A DNA stretch of 63,372 nt, counting the filler, from Gemmatimonadota bacterium (GTDB lineage Bacteria; 4572-55; J002): the NCBI GenBank assembly GCA_003697105.1. It is 4 parts of 4 records of this genome, joined end to end, with 100 filler letters (N's around TTAATTAATTAA, not from the genome) between each part and the next. Parts side by side here need not be neighbours in the genome. Positions count along the whole stretch, not along the records: positions 52,951 to 63,372 come from RFFQ01000093.1; 3 more parts are not named here. One strand, written 5' to 3'. Positions 59,701-63,372 of the stretch are shown piece by piece (the first letter of the stretch is position 1; each line of letters begins with the position of its first letter). The notes beneath the pieces were generated by a model. It ran no database searches. It saw nothing but the letters and a program-made list of their open reading frames with translations, and was not told the DNA's origin. The translations under genes were made by a program, and so were the position numbers.

Positions 59701-62700
59701 CCCATTATCAATGCCGTCAATCACTAAAATTTGGTTTTGGAATGAGCCAATATAGAACTGGTCGGTATTGTGGTTGTAGGAAAGACCTGAACAGCGCTGG
59801 AACATGGCGATCCAGGGACCATCTAACTGGTAGAGCAATTCACCGGTTTCAATATCCATCCCCATCAGGTAGGAGGCGTTGAAATTCTCTTGCCCCAATA
59901 ACCACAGAATATTGTGATTGTGGTCGTATGCCATATCGCTGTAGCCCGCCCACGGGTAATACCCCCATTCGAGGAGGGGCACAGAGCGGATAAATGCCCC
60001 GCTTGCTTCTTCATGCAACGAAAGTTGTGGGTAACCGTTCAGTAATTGGCCAAACACCCAGACCCCATCCGGTGTCCAACATGCCAATTGTGCTTGGAGA
60101 CCCTCGGCTTCCCAACTGGTTAGAATTTCACCGGTTCGTAGGCTTGATCCTGTTTTTTCCGGGGTGGTTTTACGCACCATCGCTTGAGAAAGCGGCTTGG
60201 CATTCGGTGGCAGTGACCGCCCCTCTGGAGCGCCGTAATTGTAGCTAACTTCATATAGCATGGGACCCGTACCGTTGTTGTACACGTAAATATCATCCGT
60301 GACTTCGTAACCGGCAGGCGGGTTATCCAAATCGATGGTCATATAGTAGGCATCTTCCACCACATCAATATTGGGGTTATAGATATTCATTCCGACCGGA
60401 ATATCAACGGTGCCACTGCATTCACTCCCGACCCAATCGATGGAAAGTACGGTTTCATATATCCCCACACGTTGATCGGTATTAAATGTAAGCGTGATCT
60501 CATCACAATCATTGGGGCGCAGTTGCGTCCCGGACATCATATCCAGAGACAACCAATCTGGGAGTTCAGATGTGACCTGCCAATTCACTACCGCGTTTGA
60601 AGTGGCCGCATTACAGAAGTTCAACGTTTTTTGCAAAGGTTCATTTTCCAGCGCATATTCATAAAATTCTTCTGGAGCGGTGGACACCTCCGCACAACCG
60701 CCGGTGATATGGAAGACACACAGCACTTGTTCATCCGGCATTTCCGGGTCGTTGTTTTTAAAGTGAACATTCACAAAATAGTCATCAGCGATCAGAATGG
60801 GGGTTTCTTCACCATTCGGCTGGGCATCAAAGATGACGGTGCCTTCCAGCGGTGAATCTTCAGGCCATACAGCGGCGGCGGGCGGGTCAATTACCAACCA
60901 CGGCAGGCGGTCTCTTCGACCGAGCAACGTACCAAAATCCACTTGATACACCATGTTGACCCCGTTTACATTTTGCCGCACCATCCATAAATGACCGTAC
61001 TCATCAAACTCGATTCCCGCCCCTCGACCGATACCATCATTTGCGGGGGGGTCATACTGGCTTTCAATTTCGCCGGTTTCGGGATCAACTAGATAGATAT
61101 ACTCCAATTCCCCATTGTTGGTCACCGCAAGTTTATTGGCGCCTTCGTGGAAGGCTAGTCCGGCCACTCCCTGAAACGGGATAGTGTTGATCGTTGCGCC
61201 TGGGGTCTCGCTATCGATTCCTTCTACGACATAGATCACCGTATAGTTCCAGCTACCGATGTAAAAGGTATCGGTATTGTTATCATAGGCTAATCCACGA
61301 GCGGAGGAGAAGGTCCATTCTCCGGTCAACGTTTCGACCACCTCTCCGCTATCATAATCTATCCCGTAAATGGCGTTTCCTTCCAAACCGCTTACTTGTA
61401 CAACCCACAAGATGTTATGGTTGGCATCGTATGCCATATCCGCGCACCAAAGCTCCATGAAGCTTTCCATACTAAGTTCTGGGGCGAGCCGCCTCCCATC
61501 TTCATACCGGTGGGAAGAGATGATCGGGTCTGGATCAAAAATGCTGTAATGGTTCAGCCAAATGGCTTCATCGGTAGTCGCAAGCCCCCAACTATTGGGG
61601 ACATCTTCCGGCACCCAACTATTGAGCACCTCACCCGTGGAGCGGATATGCCCGCTATCTTCCACACGATAGTCGATTCCGAGTGCATTTTTGGCGTCCG
61701 GGTCTGGCGGTGTCAGGATTTCCGAAGGGGTATAGTGAGGATTGCGGGTGCGCGGAAATGCCTGATAGAGCGGTTTCAAGTCTCCGTAGCGCGCTAGCAT
61801 TTCCGGTGTGGCGTCAAAGGTATATTCGACTTCGTACACCAAGGGACCCACACCGGTATTGTGAATAAAAATATCATCGAGGAACTCGTAGCCTACCGGT
61901 GGATTTTCCAGATCGAGGGTCATCTCATAGGTGTTTTCCACCACATCAATATCTGGATTGAAAATGTCCATGGTTACCGGAATCAAGATCGTGCCGGCAC
62001 TTTCCCCACCGCTCCATTCAATCACAACGGTGGTTTCATACAGCCCGACCGCTTGGTTTGTATCATAGGTAAAATCGACCTTATGGCATTCTCCCGGTTC
62101 CAGATCGTGCCCACTCATCATACTGAGGGTTAACCAGTCAGGAATCTCGGAGGCAATTTCCCAATCGACTAAAACATTAGAGAGTTCATCGCTACACAAG
62201 GTCACCCGGTGTTGCAACGGGTCTTGAGCGACGATATAATCGTATAGTTCATCGGTATCGGAGGTCAAGGTTGCCGTTCCACCGGTGATGTTGAAGGTAC
62301 AGAGCACTTCCACATCCGGGGTAACCGGGTCGTTGCTCAAAATGTGGGCAATTGCGAAGTATGAGCCGGCAAGCATCACATTTTCGCCGTCATCTTCGGG
62401 GTCGGCGTCAAAGTAGATCATGCCGGTTAAGCCGTTATCTTCGGGCCACACCGAAGCGGCAGGGGGGTCTATCACTACCCAAGGCACCCCAGAATATCCT
62501 AAATCGATTCCGAAAAGAACATCCGGGTAGGCTTGGGTTATTCCGCCCAATGTTGCGGTATTGTCGATATAATCGGTGGTGACAAATGCACCACCGGCGA
62601 TACCGCTACCGTAGGTCATATCATAGGTAAAACCGGTCAGCTCTCCGGTAGCAATTTCCAACTGGTGGAGAATCCCCCCGCCATCTTGACTAAACAGCCA

Positions 62701-63372
62701 GAGGTACGGACCGCCAGGGGAATAATTATCACAGGCAATACCATATAAATTTGCCACCGGATTTGTAATCTCTTGAACAACTTCCCAATCCCGGTTCGCA
62801 AAATAAAGCGGTGTATTATAATTGCTGTACCAGAAGCCATCCAGCCGGTCGTCGTATGTCAGACCGGTGATGTAAGTTCCTGTGGGAGACGGGATGGTAT
62901 TAATCAACTCGTTGGTTTCCACATTAATAACGTGAATATTGTCATTCTCAGACCCATAAAGATATTCACCATCCCATGCAAGGTCTCGGATACCATAGAT
63001 ACCAATGAGGTTAATTGTATCAACTAGATTTCCCTCGCGATCCAATTTGTAAATCAGATTATCATCATATTGGCTGATGTAGAAGTACGTGCCGTCAAAC
63101 TCGCACCCGACCGAGCCGTAATCTCCCAAAATGGCATTTAAATCAAATTCAAACAAAACGTCACCGACTTCACGCAAATTGCCGGAATCGGCTTCGCGAC
63201 GAGACTCCACACCGGGTAAGAGATCGGTATGTTCGGTATCTTCGACGGTTTCAATTTGGGCTTGCCGGTTGCGTGTTGTGCGGAAGGATTCGTGTAAGGG
63301 GCGTAGATGTGCCGGGACTTCCATTTCAGCTAAATAATCAACTTCAACCTCGTAAAGCAACGGACCCGAACC
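53749..63372 (-). CDS. Giant modular surface protein (>3200 aa, 5'-partial): repeated Ig-like domains, 4 beta-propeller-like inserts, 2 G.PD.YGYTW.DS domains, dockerin, cohesin, T9SS-type sorting domain
   Basis: Frame is open to the window edge (GSGPLLYE...). Recurrent N.G.G.L.Y and SNDP Ig motifs. Dockerin at about 54590-54745 (ADVTGDGGISPFDAARILQ), cohesin at about 54060-54400 (VPVYV...GVIAMQAVLDYD...GEGTLINIVF), C-terminus QNYPNPFNP...SGVY...RMTLLK. Confidence 0.9.
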   Translation of the reverse strand, partial: GSGPLLYEVEVDYLAEMEVPAHLRPLHESFRTTRNRQAQIETVEDTEHTDLLPGVESRREADSGNLREVGDVLFEFDLNAILGDYGSVGCEFDGTYFYISQYDDNLIYKLDREGNLVDTINLIGIYGIRDLAWDGEYLYGSENDNIHVINVETNELINTIPSPTGTYITGLTYDDRLDGFWYSNYNTPLYFANRDWEVVQEITNPVANLYGIACDNYSPGGPYLWLFSQDGGGILHQLEIATGELTGFTYDMTYGSGIAGGAFVTTDYIDNTATLGGITQAYPDVLFGIDLGYSGVPWVVIDPPAASVWPEDNGLTGMIYFDADPEDDGENVMLAGSYFAIAHILSNDPVTPDVEVLCTFNITGGTATLTSDTDELYDYIVAQDPLQHRVTLCSDELSNVLVDWEIASEIPDWLTLSMMSGHDLEPGECHKVDFTYDTNQAVGLYETTVVIEWSGGESAGTILIPVTMDIFNPDIDVVENTYEMTLDLENPPVGYEFLDDIFIHNTGVGPLVYEVEYTFDATPEMLARYGDLKPLYQAFPRTRNPHYTPSEILTPPDPDAKNALGIDYRVEDSGHIRSTGEVLNSWVPEDVPNSWGLATTDEAIWLNHYSIFDPDPIISSHRYEDGRRLAPELSMESFMELWCADMAYDANHNILWVVQVSGLEGNAIYGIDYDSGEVVETLTGEWTFSSARGLAYDNNTDTFYIGSWNYTVIYVVEGIDSETPGATINTIPFQGVAGLAFHEGANKLAVTNNGELEYIYLVDPETGEIESQYDPPANDGIGRGAGIEFDEYGHLWMVRQNVNGVNMVYQVDFGTLLGRRDRLPWLVIDPPAAAVWPEDSPLEGTVIFDAQPNGEETPILIADDYFVNVHFKNNDPEMPDEQVLCVFHITGGCAEVSTAPEEFYEYALENEPLQKTLNFCNAATSNAVVNWQVTSELPDWLSLDMMSGTQLRPNDCDEITLTFNTDQRVGIYETVLSIDWVGSECSGTVDIPVGMNIYNPNIDVVEDAYYMTIDLDNPPAGYEVTDDIYVYNNGTGPMLYEVSYNYGAPEGRSLPPNAKPLSQAMVRKTTPEKTGSSLRTGEILTSWEAEGLQAQLACWTPDGVWVFGQLLNGYPQLSLHEEASGAFIRSVPLLEWGYYPWAGYSDMAYDHNHNILWLLGQENFNASYLMGMDIETGELLYQLDGPWIAMFQRCSGLSYNHNTDQFYIGSFQNQILVIDGIDNGQPGTLISSFPSALNYPATLAFHEASNRLLQTTEVADNWALYDPSGEQETIFVDPVSPELFTGGCEFDFAGELWVGQYHWNPQTNLVNQARFSDLLGARGVGSFPFLSVIPEVASVWPEDSPVMGTIKFDADPEDDGAEILFSGLYYATATFESNDPEIPEFPVYCEFNLVGGAPDPYAMPDSFRVSLQPGETNDENTLIIGNGANANTTLDYEIVLEPAVSWLTLDHYTNEEPLGFDATDEITLYFDATGVPEGDNEVNLLINWTDNQEGDYETSGTITVPVVLDVYVPRIEPSPVGCDETLTIDFEVGQTDVPYPDNFTLTNSGEGDLVYTIDLQLRPELSLPGGLPQTIEGVDVTPNAEHQGVIDVRAERRQDARNLRNTGSPDWYGYTWIDSDEAGGPEFIWNDISESGVELLMGADETQGPFDLGFDFEFYGQTFNSVYICSKGYLSFTSNMVDYTNSCIGDIDGPENMFAAFWADLGVPWGGTVYYQAGPDEFIVEFDAVMGYYGIGGPYTFQFVIHRDGRMALYYDTMVGDTVPIVAGIEDNAQRGLEIVCNEPYIHNQLAVMINPPVSWVSAEPYEGVIAGGESIPTTLTFNPEPGLLAGMYYANMIIESNDPETPQCIIPIEMNITGGTAEVSVVPEELNETVLAYTPYTQTLNVCNAETSTSAIAWTVSTDVDWLLFSPAWDSGIVPGECREMDVIFNTAQEVGTLEGTIFIHWEAGDNSGTLNVPVAMNVYNPEIGVDTEELRLSIDRNTGLTTDPVDVVIQNTGSGDLTYQIVVDYNAEVPQVAAARSVRPLKEAFSRPHYSLDNSDPITTTLPVEGSLPQSRTSTPVLRDQGDVLLNVNVQAETQSPYQSAVYFDGTYFYTGDFNRPHIYKLDRNGNILDHMVISGINAAVGFLDFTSDGEYLYATYYSDGARGNTLYQIDLDAQAVVGTIEIPELVSLDGLTYDEDRDGFWVGSYEGIQFIHRDGTVEYYDHPSYRITGLAYDNLTLGGPYLWIFDPYSGGDPVISQYDIFNQELTGVTLSPGISGPYTGGLFLTTQWEIGTILLCAMVQSDPDQLVGIDLGDFAYEYATFNPGMGTVMAGESVTESVFFDAQPASAGGATMIDGEYYAVAHILSNDPEHPDVEVGCYFTITGGECLPLMDTDAISLNLYENQTESVEIVITNDATATAALDYTFTEDPEAAWLDTSPSMGNGLMPRYSETVTVWITAPSEAGTYTTTLTANFGCANTINIPVSITVTDPQITVEPVEISAQVNDLGEMAEVTLTIDNLGSGDLPLMAEIRADMETASTRYLKKTVVGVDEGGVHGETDRNQNTPVLRSSGGPDYYGYTWTDSNEDGGPFFVWNDIREVGTELFSRDSDNFPDIELGFDFNFYGQTFSTVNIASTGFITFTSDSQDFSNSCIGMSDGPENMIAGFWDDLRARGGKLYYYTDGNTFTVQYTHWKRFSSSQEGDYTFQIVLHDNDDIHLYYQSMSGILNSATIGIEDNAGAGLEIACNAEYVQDDLAVKISPSRWLYTTPEQLTLNSDGSAEVTVYLDASRVDALGTYTGSLAIIHNDADIDNPIVIPVSFNVGGNLFDVTGQVQYWNDTAISNTEVMLAGDREFTAQTSETGMFAFMDTPEGNYTLSVNLAGYGDATQPHPSISAFDAARVAQYSAGLYDFNEYQMMAADVTGDGGISPFDAARILQYSSHISSSARTGEWLWLPEMYEYMPLDADQPDQDFTGIIYGEVTGNWSPEAAARAHKADHPVAMNPLSVTDLTVAPDHELIVPVYVTDVTGLGVIAMQAVLDYDSEMLEFVEYRTAGTLTEGFVLAEGTKHLAGYRLTPLEGEGTLINIVFQVLGDVGQTGTVMLDNLMFNEQPLPAIQAEVKIVPQVMIPEQVILSQNYPNPFNPKTRIDFGLPVACHISLRIYNLQGQLVNTLVDETMEAGYHTVEWNGTDQYQRDVASGVYLYVLETGEGVVRTHRMTLLK

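Noticed and set aside
63358-63372. TTG at 63360 as start of the giant protein
   Set aside because: The frame stays open to the window edge and there is no signal peptide; the gene is 5'-partial.

Overview
This window is four contigs joined by artificial 100-nt N/TTAATTAATTAA linkers (10420-10519, 25687-25786, 52851-52950), so adjacency across those gaps is not biological. The organism is a diderm bacterium with T9SS/FlgD-type C-terminal sorting domains, yet it uses classical sigma70 promoters and Shine-Dalgarno sites. That suggests an FCB-related candidate lineage rather than Bacteroidota (inference). Most of the window is housekeeping or envelope genes: leuS, a dual-Hpt hybrid cheA, two divergent glutamate dehydrogenases, dprA, obgE, recJ, suhB, tRNA-Leu(CAG), smpB, an amidase, mtnA, folE2, pilT and truA. 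The standout is an apparently non-cellulolytic cohesin-dockerin system linked to T9SS-type secretion. It has four parts: (1) a multi-cohesin scaffoldin at <1-1844 on the minus strand, absent from the ORF track; (2) a small secreted dockerin-only protein; (3) a one-cohesin protein with a sorting domain; and (4) on another contig, a >3200-aa modular surface protein with a closely similar dockerin, a cohesin, a sorting domain and repeated Arg-terminated linkers. Other features missed by the ORF track: an Rdx/SelW-type selenoprotein (CxxU plus SECIS-like hairpin), a vapC toxin with an in-frame TGA beside a WYL regulator at the tRNA-Leu 3' end, and IS ends at contig termini. All family calls come from motif recognition by eye; no searches were run.
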